Source of the DNA: an uncultured Thermococci archaeon | GTDB taxonomy: Archaea; Methanobacteriota_B; Thermococci; Methanofastidiosales; Methanofastidiosaceae | NCBI GenBank assembly: GCA_964621955.1 | Contig: CAZUMN010000003.1 | Coordinates: 175-64,174 of the forward strand | Length of the DNA stretch: 64,000 bases | Reading direction: 5' to 3' | In this document: positions 13,365 through 24,321 of the stretch, one piece after another | How positions within the stretch are numbered: position 1 is the first letter of the stretch | How the letters are laid out: each line of letters begins with the position of its first letter | The notes under the pieces: generated by a model | What the model was told of the DNA's origin: nothing | Database searches by the model: none | What the model saw: only the letters and a program-made list of their open reading frames with translations | Translations under genes and position numbers: made by a program

Positions 13365-15563
13365 ATGGGCAGAAAAGAAGAGATGGCGAAGAGAGTTAAA
13401 GAATTAATGAAAGATCCAAAGTACATAAGGAATACTGGGATAGCCGCACACATTGATCACGGTAAAACTACATTGAGTGATAACCTTCTATCTGGCGCAG
13501 GCCTTATGTCAGAGGATCTCGCAGGAAAACAGCTTGTCTTGGATTTTGATGAACAGGAGCAGGCAAGGGGAATTACAATTAACGCATCTAACATATCAAT
13601 GGTACACAGAAACAAAGGTCAAGATTACTTAGTTAATTTGATTGATACACCTGGACACGTTGACTTTGGAGGAGACGTTACCAGGGCAATGAGGGCAATA
13701 GATGGATGTATTATAGTTGTCTGTGCTGTAGAAGGTAAGATGCCTCAGACTGAAACTGTGGTAAGGCAAGCCCTAAAGGAAAGGGTAAAACCAACACTTT
13801 TCATTAATAAAGTTGACAGATTGATAAGGGAACTTCAGCTTTCACCTGAAGAGTTACAGAACAGGTTCGTTAAAATTATCAATGAGGTAAACAAATTAAT
13901 TAAAAATGCAGCCCCTCCAGAATTTAAGGATAGCTGGCAGGTTAGCGTTACTGAAGGCAGCGTAGCATTTGGTTCAGCTTACTATAACTGGGCTATAAAC
14001 GTCCCTTACATGAAAAAGACTGGAATATCTTTTAAGGATATTATTGAACACTGTATGAACGATACTCAAAAGGAACTTTCTAAAAAATCTCCTTTACATG
14101 AAATCCTTCTTGATATGATGGTTACACATCTTCCAAATCCCTTAGTTGCACAGAAGTATAGGATCCCTCAGATCTGGAAGGGAGACCTTGAAAGTGCTGT
14201 GGGTAAGGATATGTTGGAGTGCAATCCAAACGGACATCTTGGAATGGTTGTTACAAAGATTGTGCAAGATCCGCATGCTGGGGAAATCAGTGTAGGTAGA
14301 TTATTTTCAGGAACCTTAAAAACTGGTCAAGAGGTATGGATAGTAGCAACAAAAAACAAGAGGAGAGTTCAGCAAGTCGGAATTTTCATGGGGGCAGACA
14401 GGGAGAACTTAGAGGTAGTTCCATGCGGTAACATAGTTGCAGTTACAGGCCTAAAAGAAGCAATAGCCGGTGAAACAATTTGTACTGGTGATGAACCAAT
14501 CACACCCTTTGAGGCGATAAAGCACTACTCAGAACCTGTAGTCACAGTTGCAGTAGAGCCAAAAAATACCAAAGATTTAGCAAAACTAGTTGAAGTTTTG
14601 AGACAAGTTTCAAAGGAAGACCCAACACTAGTAGCCAAAATCAATGAAGATAGCGGAGAATATTTATTATCTGGTATGGGAGAACTTCACTTAGAGGTAG
14701 TCGGTTACAGAATTACTCATGACAGAGGGATTGATATAAAATTATCCCAACCAATTGTTATCTACAGAGAATCAATTGATGGTAAATCTGAAGCTGTAGA
14801 AGGTAAATCTCCAAACAAACATAACAGATTCTATATGCAGGTAGAGCCATTAGAAGATAATGTTTACAATGCAGTAAAAGAGGGAATAATACCCGAAGGC
14901 AGAATTAAAGGCAAAGATCTAGGTCCACAACTAAGAGAACTTGGAATGGATAGTGACGAAGTAAAAGGTATTGCAGATGTTTACAACGGGAACGTATTCT
15001 TCAACATGACAAAAGGAATAGTGTACATTAACGAAGTAATAGAACTTGTCATACAATCAATTCATGAAGCTATTGACGGAGGCCCATATTCAAGAGAGCC
15101 CGTAATGAAACTCAAGATAAAGCTTGTAGATTGTAAGCTTCACGAGGATTCCATTCACAGAGGTCCAGCGCAAGTTATACCTGCTGTAAGGGAAGGACTA
15201 TTTGCAGCAATGCTATATGCAAGACCTGTGATATACGAGCCTATCCAGAAAGTTACTATTACGTCACCTCAAGACTACATGGGAGCTGTAACAAGAGAAG
15301 TGCAGTCTAGAAGAGGGCAGATATTGGATATTTCTCAGGAAGGAGATATGACAACAGTTGTCTCTATCACACCAGTTTCTGAAATGTTCGGATTTGCTGG
15401 TGACATAAGAGGCGCAACTGAAGGTAGGGCACTATGGTCAACTGAATATGCAGGTTACCAGAAGCTTCCAACAGAACTTCAGATGCAGACCGTTGAGGCA
15501 ATCAGAAAGAGGAAAGGACTTAAACCACAGCCTCCAAAACCTGAAGATTACCTAAACATGTAA
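13365..15563 (+). CDS. fusA: Translation elongation factor 2 (aEF-2)
   Basis: G domain [18 protein letters not shown], and the diphthamide-region HRGPAQ. Confidence 0.95.
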   Translation: MGRKEEMAKRVKELMKDPKYIRNTGIAAHIDHGKTTLSDNLLSGAGLMSEDLAGKQLVLDFDEQEQARGITINASNISMVHRNKGQDYLVNLIDTPGHVDFGGDVTRAMRAIDGCIIVVCAVEGKMPQTETVVRQALKERVKPTLFINKVDRLIRELQLSPEELQNRFVKIINEVNKLIKNAAPPEFKDSWQVSVTEGSVAFGSAYYNWAINVPYMKKTGISFKDIIEHCMNDTQKELSKKSPLHEILLDMMVTHLPNPLVAQKYRIPQIWKGDLESAVGKDMLECNPNGHLGMVVTKIVQDPHAGEISVGRLFSGTLKTGQEVWIVATKNKRRVQQVGIFMGADRENLEVVPCGNIVAVTGLKEAIAGETICTGDEPITPFEAIKHYSEPVVTVAVEPKNTKDLAKLVEVLRQVSKEDPTLVAKINEDSGEYLLSGMGELHLEVVGYRITHDRGIDIKLSQPIVIYRESIDGKSEAVEGKSPNKHNRFYMQVEPLEDNVYNAVKEGIIPEGRIKGKDLGPQLRELGMDSDEVKGIADVYNGNVFFNMTKGIVYINEVIELVIQSIHEAIDGGPYSREPVMKLKIKLVDCKLHEDSIHRGPAQVIPAVREGLFAAMLYARPVIYEPIQKVTITSPQDYMGAVTREVQSRRGQILDISQEGDMTTVVSITPVSEMFGFAGDIRGATEGRALWSTEYAGYQKLPTELQMQTVEAIRKRKGLKPQPPKPEDYLNM

Positions 15564-15579
15564 AATGGAAAAAGCTTAA

Positions 15580-15640
15580 AAATGGATTTAATTTAGAGGA
15601 TTATACCAGATATAATAAAAATATAGTAAAAAAAGGAGGA
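15580..15640 (+). promoter_or_regulatory. AT-rich TATA-like elements plus GGAGG Shine-Dalgarno upstream of the EF-1alpha gene
   Basis: tttaattt and tataataaaaatata boxes 25-60 nt upstream of the ATG. GGAGG is 9 nt upstream of the ATG. Confidence 0.3.
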
Positions 15641-15647
15641 AATAATT

Positions 15648-16937
15648 ATGGCAACTCAAAAACCACATTTAAATGTAGCCTTTATCGGCCATGTCGATCA
15701 CGGAAAATCTACGTCCGTAGGTCAATTACTAGTTATGCACGGTGATATCAGAGCAGATCTCGTTAAAAAGTTCGAGGAAATGGGAGAAAAAGGTAAGACG
15801 TTTAAGTTTGCTTGGGTAATGGATAATCTAAAGGAAGAGAGAGAAAGAGGAGTTACAATAGATCTTTCTCACAAAAAGTTTGAAACTGATTCAAAATACA
15901 TTACAATCGTGGACTGTCCAGGTCACAGAGATTTCGTTAAAAACATGATTACTGGAGCTTCACAAGCAGATGCCGCAGTTCTAGTAGTTGCAGTAAATGA
16001 TGGTATCATGCCACAGACACAGGAGCACGTTTTCTTGTCTAGAACACTTGGTATCCAACAAATAGCTGTATTGGTAAACAAGATGGACACAGTAAACTAC
16101 TCACAGGAGAAGTTTAACGCCATTAAGGCAGAAGTAGAGAAGTTAATTAAGACAGTTGGATTCAAAGTTGAAGAAACAAAGTTTATCCCTGGTTCAGCAT
16201 TTAACGGAGACAACATAGTAGGTAAATCTGACAAGACACCATGGTACACAGGACCGTCATTATTAGAAGCCGTAGACTCTTTCAAAGAACCAGATAAACC
16301 AACAGACAAGCCACTTAGACTTCCAATTCAGGATGTTTACACAATCACTGGCGTAGGAACAGTACCTGTTGGAAGAGTAGAAACTGGAATAATGAAGAAG
16401 GGAGATACAGTATTATTCGAGCCAGCTACAACAGTATTTGGAAAGCCAATTTCTGGTGAAGTAAAGACAATCGAAATGCACCACGAAACACTAGATCAGG
16501 CACTACCAGGAGACAACGTTGGATTCAACGTTAGAGGTGTTGGAAAGAACGATATTAAGAGGGGAGATGTTCTAGGACATCCAAACAACCCACCAAGAGT
16601 AGTAACATTGAACGACTCTTTCAAAGCACAGATAGTAGTTCTAAGACACCCAACAGCCATAACCGCTGGATACACACCAGTATTTCACTGCCACACAGCA
16701 CAGGTAGCATGCACATTTGAGAAACTACTTGCAGAGCTTGATCCCAAGACCGGTAACGTAAAGACTGAAAATCCTGACTTCCTAAAGAGCGGTAGCGCTG
16801 CCATTGTCCAGATAAAGCCAACAAAACCCATGGTTATTGAGGAAATAAAAGTAATACCTCAGTTGGGTAGGTTTGCCGTAAGGGATATGGGAGCAACAGT
16901 TGCCGCTGGAATGGTCCAGTCTATAACTAAGGCATAA
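15648..16937 (+). CDS. tuf: Translation elongation factor 1-alpha (aEF-1A)
   Basis: [21 protein letters not shown] motifs. GGAGG RBS at 15635-15639. Confidence 0.95.
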   Translation: MATQKPHLNVAFIGHVDHGKSTSVGQLLVMHGDIRADLVKKFEEMGEKGKTFKFAWVMDNLKEERERGVTIDLSHKKFETDSKYITIVDCPGHRDFVKNMITGASQADAAVLVVAVNDGIMPQTQEHVFLSRTLGIQQIAVLVNKMDTVNYSQEKFNAIKAEVEKLIKTVGFKVEETKFIPGSAFNGDNIVGKSDKTPWYTGPSLLEAVDSFKEPDKPTDKPLRLPIQDVYTITGVGTVPVGRVETGIMKKGDTVLFEPATTVFGKPISGEVKTIEMHHETLDQALPGDNVGFNVRGVGKNDIKRGDVLGHPNNPPRVVTLNDSFKAQIVVLRHPTAITAGYTPVFHCHTAQVACTFEKLLAELDPKTGNVKTENPDFLKSGSAAIVQIKPTKPMVIEEIKVIPQLGRFAVRDMGATVAAGMVQSITKA

Positions 16938-16979
16938 AATTTTAATTTATTTTATTTTTATTTGAATGAGGCGATATAG

Positions 16980-17288
16980 GTGCAAAAAGCTAGAATAAGA
17001 TTGACTGCAATGGAAACAGGAAAACTTGACGAAGTTTGTTCGCAGGTTAAGAAGATAGCGGAGCGTACAGGTGTAGACATAGCCGGGCCAATACCATTAC
17101 CAACAAAGAAATTAAAAGTACCAGTAAGAAAATCCACTTCTGGTGACGGTAAGGCTACATGGGAACGATGGGAAATGAGGATACACAAAAGACTCATCGA
17201 AATCGACGCTGATGAAAGGACCATGAGACAGATAATGAGAGTCAAAGTTCCTGAAAGAGTTAACATAGAAATTGAATTATTGTCCTAA
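16980..17288 (+). CDS. rps10: Ribosomal protein S10 (uS10); the annotated start may be GTG
   Basis: [40 protein letters not shown] is an S10 family sequence. Confidence 0.9.
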   Translation: MQKARIRLTAMETGKLDEVCSQVKKIAERTGVDIAGPIPLPTKKLKVPVRKSTSGDGKATWERWEMRIHKRLIEIDADERTMRQIMRVKVPERVNIEIELLS

Positions 17289-17295
17289 TCTATTA

Positions 17296-17314
17296 TTGTA
17301 TTTAAAAAATACAA
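17296..17314. terminator. AT-rich perfect palindrome (ttgtattt aaa aaatacaa) between the convergent rps10 and beta-propeller genes
   Basis: An 8-bp stem with a 3-nt loop in the 70-nt convergent intergenic spacer. Confidence 0.25.
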
Positions 17315-17358
17315 TATCTCTTCTTTGATAGAATTTGTATAAAAAATAAAATATAAAA

Positions 17359-18492
17359 TTAATTCCTATACTTTACTGTGCAGAATTCCCAAGATTTTAA
17401 TCTTGTGCTTCCTGTTACAACTATATTGCCTTTTGAGTCAAACGCAATGCCATTTGCCATATCGTCTTCTCCAATTGCTTGTCTCTGTTCCCAGAGCTGT
17501 TTCCCGTTTTTGTCGTATACTATAGTAAGATAATCAAAGTAAAGGGCGTTTCCTTTATAGGATGTCCCTGTAACCGCAATATTATCTTTTTTGTCAATTG
17601 CAACTGCAAATGCTTTATCATCTTTTCCAGCATTGTAAGTTCTGCGCCATAATAATTTTCCATCTTTGTTGTATTTCAATGTCTTGAAATCAAAATCGTT
17701 TCCATTGTGGAAATAGCCTGAGATAATTATGTTATTTTCAAAATCAGTAGCAATTCCCATTCCATGCGCCTGGCTATCGTCAAATTGTACTCTCCAGAGA
17801 GGGCTACCGTCCTTGTCATATTTTAAGAGCAAGAATGAATTTGTAGTATCTGCCCTGCTTCTGCCCATTGTCATTCCCCCAATTATAATATTATCCAAGG
17901 AATCGATGGCAACATCATAAGCATAGTCATCGTGAGCATCTTCAAATAAGACTTTCCAAAGCATCCTGCCATTCTTATCATATTTAACTGTATATATGTC
18001 GTACTGATTAGTAATAAAGGAGTGTCCAGTAACTATTACGTTGCCTTTGGAATCTGTAGCAACGCCTTCGCCACTATCGTTACCTCCCATATTGAACTTT
18101 TCAGCCCAGAGTTTTTTTCCTTCAGAGTTATATTTTACCGTGTAGTATCTACCACTTGATATCCCAGTAACAATAACGTTGTTTTGCCTGTCAACTGTGA
18201 CATCATTTGCCTGTTGTGTCCCATCTTCCTGCTCGACGTTTTGCCAGAGCACGTTTCCGTTTCTATCGTATTTGATAGTAACATAGTCCCAGCTCTTAAC
18301 GTAAGTAGATCCAGTAACAATAATATTGTCCTGAAAATCACAGACTACGCTGTTTGCAAAATCATTTTTTCCCCCATCGTAGCTCTTTTCCCACATTAAG
18401 CTGTAAGCAAGGGTTGCCATAGGCAGAGAAAAAACCAACATCGAAAGCACTAAAATTACATATTTATTTTTCATAGTATCACCTATATGCAC
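17359..18492 (-). CDS. Secreted beta-propeller-repeat (SBBP-type) protein with about 8 repeats
   Basis: N-terminal signal peptide. Recurrent N(I/V)I(V/I)TGxS...Y(V/T)T(I/V)KYDxNGxxLW modules. Confidence 0.75.
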   Translation of the reverse strand: MHIGDTMKNKYVILVLSMLVFSLPMATLAYSLMWEKSYDGGKNDFANSVVCDFQDNIIVTGSTYVKSWDYVTIKYDRNGNVLWQNVEQEDGTQQANDVTVDRQNNVIVTGISSGRYYTVKYNSEGKKLWAEKFNMGGNDSGEGVATDSKGNVIVTGHSFITNQYDIYTVKYDKNGRMLWKVLFEDAHDDYAYDVAIDSLDNIIIGGMTMGRSRADTTNSFLLLKYDKDGSPLWRVQFDDSQAHGMGIATDFENNIIISGYFHNGNDFDFKTLKYNKDGKLLWRRTYNAGKDDKAFAVAIDKKDNIAVTGTSYKGNALYFDYLTIVYDKNGKQLWEQRQAIGEDDMANGIAFDSKGNIVVTGSTRLKSWEFCTVKYRN

Positions 18493-18596
18493 ATATAATT
18501 TGTATTAAGAATATATAAGGTTATACGATATTTTGAATATAATCAAAATTTTATATCATAAAATTTAAATATTGAATATCATTTTTCTATCTATGG

Positions 18597-18986
18597 GTGA
18601 TAAAAATGATTGACTTAATAGCTATAGCTGCATTAGGACTTATAGGAATAATAGGTTTTGTTGCACTGGTATTTCTAGATGCAATATTCTTGTGGTTGGG
18701 AACTAAGTTTGCAGGTATTGATAAAGCCTCATTCGGTAAGGCAATAATAGGCGTATTTATCATGATAGTACTAAGTGCCATCTTGGGGTCACTTCTTGGT
18801 CCACTCGGAATTCTTGGAATAATCTTAAGTTTCATAGTGACATTATGGGCAGTGAAGTCACTATATGGGACTTCTTGGGGCAAGGCATTTTTAGCACTAA
18901 TCTTGGCATTCGTAGCTTTCATAGTGCTTTCAGTGGTTTTGTTAGCATTATTGGGGATTGGTCTCTCAAATCTAGGCATTTTTTAA
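18597..18986 (+). CDS. Small hydrophobic membrane protein (4 predicted TM)
   Basis: Almost entirely hydrophobic ORF. The antisense ORF 18587..18979 is less protein-like. Confidence 0.4.
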   Translation: MIKMIDLIAIAALGLIGIIGFVALVFLDAIFLWLGTKFAGIDKASFGKAIIGVFIMIVLSAILGSLLGPLGILGIILSFIVTLWAVKSLYGTSWGKAFLALILAFVAFIVLSVVLLALLGIGLSNLGIF

Positions 18987-19011
18987 TTTATTTATTTTTT
19001 ATAGGGATTAG

Positions 19012-19482
19012 ATGATAATAAGAAACTGTACGGTAGAAGATGTTGACAGAGTCAGAAGATTTGTTGATGCATGCAAACCTTTGGAGTTGCATACATCCTT
19101 TACATACTGGACAATATTCAATTATTTTTCTAATCTATGTTTTTTAATGATAGAAGATGAAAAATTAATTGGATTTATCTCTGGGATCAGAAGCTCTTTA
19201 GACAAAGATGCTGTGTATCTATGGCAGATTGGTGTGTCAAAAGAATACCGTGGCAAAAAATATGCTTCTCGATTGATTGACCATTTAATTAAAGGCGCTA
19301 TTTTTTTAGATTGTAATAGAATCCAAGTCTCAATTTCGCCTGAGAACGAATCAAGTTACAATACTTTTCTTAAATATACAAAAGAGCATTCCTATAATTT
19401 TACAAAAATTGGCGAAGTAAAATATCACGACACTTTGACCGGTAAGAATGAATATGAAATTATCTACCAGATTGAAATTTGA
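19012..19482 (+). CDS. GNAT-family N-acetyltransferase
   Basis: WQIGVSKEYRGKKYASRLI acetyl-CoA binding motif. Confidence 0.75.
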   Translation: MIIRNCTVEDVDRVRRFVDACKPLELHTSFTYWTIFNYFSNLCFLMIEDEKLIGFISGIRSSLDKDAVYLWQIGVSKEYRGKKYASRLIDHLIKGAIFLDCNRIQVSISPENESSYNTFLKYTKEHSYNFTKIGEVKYHDTLTGKNEYEIIYQIEI

Positions 19483-19526
19483 CGGCCCACAAATTTTATA
19501 AACTAACTAACATGATTTAAATTTAA

Positions 19527-19613
19527 GCCGAGGTCGCATAGCTAGGATTAGTGCGCCGGACTTGAGATCCGGTTTCCCCTAGGGAAGCGGGAGTTCAAAT
19601 CTCCCCCTCGGCG
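19527..19613 (+). tRNA. tRNA-Ser (anticodon TGA), class II with a long variable arm
   Basis: Acceptor stem GCCGAGG/CCTCGGC. Anticodon stem CCGGA/TCCGG with loop CTTGAGA. Variable arm TTTCCCCTAGGGAAGC. T arm GGGAG-TTCAAAT-CTCCC. Confidence 0.9.
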
Positions 19614-19718
19614 CTTTTCGCTTTTTGATTAGAGCTATCTTACTCTATTCTTAGTTCCAATGTTTTGCTAATCTTATTCATAGAAACTCATAAATAATTA
19701 AGTAGTAATAATAGTATA

Positions 19719-20207
19719 ATGATAATAAATAAAGATAATCTAGTTTTTCGAAGGGCAACCCTAGGGGATATCTCTGAACTTATAAAATTTAAAATATTAC
19801 TTTTAGATGAACTTAATGAAGACGATAAGAGTAATCTAGAAAAACTAAAACTAGAATTAAAAAAATTCTTTACAGAATATATTGGCTCAGATGATTTTAT
19901 TTCATGGCTTGTTGAATACGAGGGAGAGATTATTGCAACAAGCGGTTTAATACTTTGGAGAGTTCCTCCAAGATATGATTGTCTTCACGGAAGATATGGG
20001 TATATCTGCAATATGTATACAGTGCCAAAAGCTAGAAGAAATGGGATCAGTACCGAATTAATAAAAAAAATCATTGAGGAAGCAAAAATATTAGACATAG
20101 ACATCTTGAATCTCCATGCAACAAAAGATGGAATCCAAATGTATCAGAGATTTGGATTTACTGATCCAATTGACCCAGAAATAGAATTAAATCTTGATAA
20201 TTATTGA
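19719..20207 (+). CDS. GNAT-family N-acetyltransferase (second, unrelated copy)
   Basis: MYTVPKARRNGISTELIKKI GNAT motif A. Confidence 0.75.
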   Translation: MIINKDNLVFRRATLGDISELIKFKILLLDELNEDDKSNLEKLKLELKKFFTEYIGSDDFISWLVEYEGEIIATSGLILWRVPPRYDCLHGRYGYICNMYTVPKARRNGISTELIKKIIEEAKILDIDILNLHATKDGIQMYQRFGFTDPIDPEIELNLDNY

Positions 20208-20217
20208 TTTAAGATTT

Positions 20218-20457
20218 TTAATCAGAATCTAGATTCTCTAGGAAATAAATCCCATTTTCTACACTTTTAATGTGATTGTTTTCACAAATATTGGTAAATG
20301 CAAGCGCTTCTTCTATAGAGAATTCATCATTTAGAAAATTATAGACATTGGATTTCCATGCAGCAAAGGCGCCCCTATTTACATATTCTCCTTCTTTTAT
20401 CCCTAATATTTCTTTGCCTTGTTTTACCAGGCTTTTTATTTTTTCTTTACGTGACAT
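20218..20457 (-). CDS. Hypothetical 79-aa protein
   Basis: ORF only; no recognisable motif. Confidence 0.35.
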   Translation of the reverse strand: MSRKEKIKSLVKQGKEILGIKEGEYVNRGAFAAWKSNVYNFLNDEFSIEEALAFTNICENNHIKSVENGIYFLENLDSD

Positions 20458-20616
20458 ATCCCTCTTATACTAAATATAGATTCAACTATTTTACTTTTTC
20501 TATTTTAGTCTAAAGGCGCTAATAATCAATTGATATAAAGATTAGGTGCTTTTAGCCCACATCAGAAAGATTTATATTAGGGATATATATCCTTAATATA
20601 CCGAAAGGCGTGGATT

Positions 20617-20961
20617 ATGGCGAAAATAATTCCAATAAGTGTCTGCTTATTAGTAATATTGTCATTTTTAGGAACGACGTCAGTTCTAAGTGACGACTGT
20701 GTTTCTATAATACTTGAAAAGGACACTTTAAAAGTCGGCGATAGTTTTTTTGTTTATCCTTTAACTGCAACAATTAATCAAAATCTTTCTACGGGTAGCG
20801 TTGAGTTAGTTGCAGTCAACTGCAAATATTGCATATATCAAGCAAAAAGTTCTGGAACTGTAGTATTCCAAAATTGTGGAAGTATGGAGACTGTTAGAAT
20901 CTTCCCGAAAGAATCGCCATTCGATGCTCTAATGAACATGATTGGCCGTGGAAAAAATTAG
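20617..20961 (+). CDS. Small secreted hypothetical protein (signal peptide, 4 Cys)
   Basis: The N-terminal hydrophobic segment MAKIIPISVCLLVILSFLGTTSVLS looks like a signal peptide. Confidence 0.45.
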   Translation: MAKIIPISVCLLVILSFLGTTSVLSDDCVSIILEKDTLKVGDSFFVYPLTATINQNLSTGSVELVAVNCKYCIYQAKSSGTVVFQNCGSMETVRIFPKESPFDALMNMIGRGKN

Positions 20962-20975
20962 AAATAATCCTTTTC

Positions 20976-21308
20976 TTATAATATATTTCTGAACATAATT
21001 ATGATGGCCATGCCTATTATCAATGCTATTAAGACATTATTCGTCTTCTTTGCAACAATACCTGTTATAAGAGCACTTATAGCGCCTGGGATTCCTTCAG
21101 AGATAATACTTGGGACAATAAAAGAAAGAAGAAGTGTCCCAGGCAAAGCCTTTATCAAATTTTCAACAAATTTGTGCTTAGAGAGCACATTTCCTATCAA
21201 TAGTCCACCGAATCTCAAAGAGTAGGTGATAATACCAGCGAGAATTATTACAATTATGGCTAGCATGTCAAAATCATTCATGCTTATCTCCTCTGAGATG
21301 TTTTTCAA
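20976..21308 (-). CDS. azlD: AzlD-like branched-chain amino acid exporter small subunit
   Basis: About 110 aa with 3-4 TM, immediately downstream of and overlapping azlC. Confidence 0.7.
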   Translation of the reverse strand: MKNISEEISMNDFDMLAIIVIILAGIITYSLRFGGLLIGNVLSKHKFVENLIKALPGTLLLSFIVPSIISEGIPGAISALITGIVAKKTNNVLIALIIGMAIIIMFRNIL

Positions 21309-21963
21309 TCGAATATGCTAAAGCGCCCGTCAACCCTCCTATGACGATATACCACTTTCCAGGTATGAATAAAAAGGAGAGGTATGCAAATATCGCTGCA
21401 ACTATCCACGGAAGCAAGCTATCTTTTCCATCATAGAAACTTGCAACTAAAGCGGTAAATATTATTATAATCACAAAATCAAGTGCAACTGAATAAGGGT
21501 CTGATATCATAAAGCCGAATGTGTGGCCTGCCAAAGTGCTGATTACCCAGAAGATAACTAGGCATATCCCTCCCCCAAAAAGAAAGTAGGGGTTGATCTT
21601 TTCTTTTTTTGATCTTGAAAGTGTAACTGCCCAGTTTTCATCTGCCACAAGGTGCATCAAGGCTGCCTTTTCAAACAGTGAACTTCCCTTGAAAAGCGGG
21701 GTGAGAGAAGCACCAATAAGAAGATATCTCAAATTGATGGCAAAAACTGCAAAAAGCATCTCCGTTACAGGAAGTGGGTCTTTCCAAAGCTCTACCATTA
21801 GGAATTGCGCAGAGCCTGCAAATGTTACAACATCCATAAGTAATAGCTCAAAAAATGTAACTCCTTTTGAATAAGCAAGAACACCAAGAACAAGCCCATA
21901 GGCAGCCACAGAGATTGCAACAGGTATGGTGGCAGAGAAGCCTTTGATAAAATTTGATTTCAT
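21274..21963 (-). CDS. azlC: AzlC-family membrane protein
   Basis: 229-aa polytopic protein with an AzlC-like N-terminus, paired with azlD. Confidence 0.75.
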   Translation of the reverse strand: MKSNFIKGFSATIPVAISVAAYGLVLGVLAYSKGVTFFELLLMDVVTFAGSAQFLMVELWKDPLPVTEMLFAVFAINLRYLLIGASLTPLFKGSSLFEKAALMHLVADENWAVTLSRSKKEKINPYFLFGGGICLVIFWVISTLAGHTFGFMISDPYSVALDFVIIIIFTALVASFYDGKDSLLPWIVAAIFAYLSFLFIPGKWYIVIGGLTGALAYSIEKHLRGDKHE

Positions 21964-22224
21964 TTATTTCGCCTTTAATAATTTCTAGATAATCAACAAT
22001 TTGTTAACTTTTTTGATGATAATCTTTTTATAAACATTGCTAATTTCTCTTAATTAGGGTGCCATGTTTATACCTGCTTAGAAATTATAGATAGGGGTAT
22101 ACCTCGAGAACTTTTAATCAGAAATTGATTTGGACTCATAACTATGTGAAAAGAAAGTAAGGAAAAGATCTAAAATAAGATGAACTATTTGAATAGCACC
22201 TTTTGCTAATCTTCTAATTAATGA

Positions 22225-22800
22225 TTATTTGGAATCAACAAGTTCTGCAAATTTTGTGGCAAAAGATCTAATTTGCTTCAAGCCTTTGGGATCATCCTTC
22301 CACTTCTCATCAATTTTTATTGGCTTATTATCTTTTGCTTGAGCCTTAGCTGCCTGTTCTATAATTTTTCTTTCTATAAAACCAATTTTTGGATTGGATA
22401 GATCAAAATCAGATAGGATAGACTTTCCTGGAAATGCATCGAATAATTGCGCGGCAATCCCTAGTTTTTCCATTTTGTCTTCAACATACATCTTCTTTGC
22501 TTTTTCTGCGTCTTCTGTAGCCAATCCACAACAGGCGTAAAGACCTATAATTTTATCTTTAAATTGCATTTTATTTTTCTTGAGAAAATTGTCTGTTTCC
22601 TTTGTCCATTTGCTAATCTTTATCCCAGAGCCAACTAGGACGCCATCAAAATTTTTTAAGCCAGGAACATTCTTAGATAATTCAAGATTCACTAAACTTA
22701 CATTTACCCCTTCTTTTTCTAATACCTTTCCGATTTCTTGCGATACTTCCTCGGTGCACCCATACCTACTACCATATGCGATCAAAACACATTTTGTCAT
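22225..22800 (-). CDS. Flavodoxin-like fold protein
   Basis: CVLIAYGSRYGCTEEV FMN-binding phosphate loop and a second GVLVGSGI loop. Confidence 0.7.
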   Translation of the reverse strand: MTKCVLIAYGSRYGCTEEVSQEIGKVLEKEGVNVSLVNLELSKNVPGLKNFDGVLVGSGIKISKWTKETDNFLKKNKMQFKDKIIGLYACCGLATEDAEKAKKMYVEDKMEKLGIAAQLFDAFPGKSILSDFDLSNPKIGFIERKIIEQAAKAQAKDNKPIKIDEKWKDDPKGLKQIRSFATKFAELVDSK

Positions 22801-22886
22801 CTAATCACGAAATATATTAGGTCGTTTTATATAAAATATTTTCTGATTGTATCTCTTTATTTGTTTAGAAATTATCAATAGTTATT

Positions 22887-23453
22887 TCATTTTGATTTGA
22901 CTAATTCTGCAAACTTCAATGTAAATAATTTTATTTGGTTCCAATCCCTGAAGTCGTTCTTTCCTTTCTTTTCTATTTTAATCCCCTTCTCTCTTTCTAA
23001 TCCTTTTGCCGCTATGGACATGATTTTCCTATCCATAAATCCTGCTTTGGATTTTCTTGAAAGGTCAAAGACTCCGCCAAAGATATCATATACATCTGGG
23101 TTTAGTCCAAGCTTTTGAATTTTTTCTTCTACATACATTTCTTTTGACTTTTCAGGGTCATTTGCTACAAATCCTGCACAGGCAAACATGCCAAAGACTG
23201 TATCTTTAAATCTATCTTTATTTTTATCTATAAATAAATCAGCTTCATTTGTCCATTTGCCGACTTTAATACCTGAACCTACTAAAACCCCATCAAAATT
23301 CTCGATAGAGGGGATGTCACTTTCCTTTAGACCGCCTAAATTAATAATCTTTATAGTTATCCCGGCCGCTTCTAAAGTCTTACCTATCTCTTTAGATACT
23401 TCTTCAGTGCACCCATACCTGCTGCCATATGCAATCATAACATTCTTTGCCAT
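22887..23453 (-). CDS. Flavodoxin-like fold protein, tandem paralog of 22225..22800
   Basis: MAKNVMIAYGSRYGCTEEVSKEIG. It shares blocks of identical residues (e.g. IAYGSRYGCTEEVS, DGVLVGSGIK, FAELV) with its neighbour. Confidence 0.7.
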   Translation of the reverse strand: MAKNVMIAYGSRYGCTEEVSKEIGKTLEAAGITIKIINLGGLKESDIPSIENFDGVLVGSGIKVGKWTNEADLFIDKNKDRFKDTVFGMFACAGFVANDPEKSKEMYVEEKIQKLGLNPDVYDIFGGVFDLSRKSKAGFMDRKIMSIAAKGLEREKGIKIEKKGKNDFRDWNQIKLFTLKFAELVKSK

Positions 23454-23606
23454 GTAATCCCTAGATATACTGACCACGATTGGTATAAAATAGTTTTCTT
23501 TAGATTCACTTTAAGAATTTTTCATAATTTAAGTATTCTGGATATTTTGAGTTTTCTGCGAATAGTTTGGGTAATCTTAAATATCTAAGCATATGCATAA
23601 TTTATC

Positions 23607-24317
23607 ATGACTGCAATATTTGCCAATAACATCTCAAAGAGTTTTGGAGATTACAAGGCCCTAGATGGAATTAATCTTAAAGTCAAAGAAGGTGAATTTT
23701 TTGGTCTTCTTGGACCTAACGGTGCTGGGAAAACTACGCTTGTCAGGATATTAACAGGACAGCTTAATCAAGATTCTGGAAATGCAGAAGTAATGAATCT
23801 TTCAACATCTGATTCAATTGAAATCAAAAGAATCTCAGGAATAGTCCCAGAGGCTGAAAGCCCTCCTTCTTTTTTGACAACAGAAGAATTCCTGAAGTTT
23901 GTTTGCAGGCTAAGAAGTCTTGACAATATCGACTCAAGAGTTTCTAAATGGCTTGACTTTTTTGAGATAGAAGAAAAGAAGGAAATATTGTGTAAAGACC
24001 TTTCAAAAGGACAGAGGCAGAAACTGATGCTTTCTGCTGCATTTATTCACGAATCAAAGTTATTATTTCTTGATGAGCCTTTCATAAATCTTGACCCGAT
24101 TTTCCAGAAAAAAGTCAGACAATATTTATTTAGTCTCGTTAAAGAAGGGTGCACCATATTCATGTGCACACACATTCTGGATATTGCAGAAAAACTCTGC
24201 ACTGAAGTTGCAGTAATTAACAAGGGGAAGATTATCTCCCAAGGTAGCCTAGATAAAATCAGATTAAAAGAAGGGGAGCATCTTGAAGATATCTTCATGA
24301 GGCTCATAGAGGAGTAG
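23607..24317 (+). CDS. ABC transporter ATP-binding protein
   Basis: Walker A GPNGAGKTT, signature LSKGQRQKL, Walker B LLFLDEP. Confidence 0.85.
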   Translation: MTAIFANNISKSFGDYKALDGINLKVKEGEFFGLLGPNGAGKTTLVRILTGQLNQDSGNAEVMNLSTSDSIEIKRISGIVPEAESPPSFLTTEEFLKFVCRLRSLDNIDSRVSKWLDFFEIEEKKEILCKDLSKGQRQKLMLSAAFIHESKLLFLDEPFINLDPIFQKKVRQYLFSLVKEGCTIFMCTHILDIAEKLCTEVAVINKGKIISQGSLDKIRLKEGEHLEDIFMRLIEE

Positions 24318-24321
24318 CTCC

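Noticed and set aside
18587-18979. 130-aa minus-strand ORF overlapping the small membrane-protein ORF
   Set aside because: The plus-strand frame gives a coherent 4-TM protein with a plausible start after an AT-rich promoter. The minus-strand product is Asn/Pro/Lys-rich without structure. Strand choice remains uncertain.
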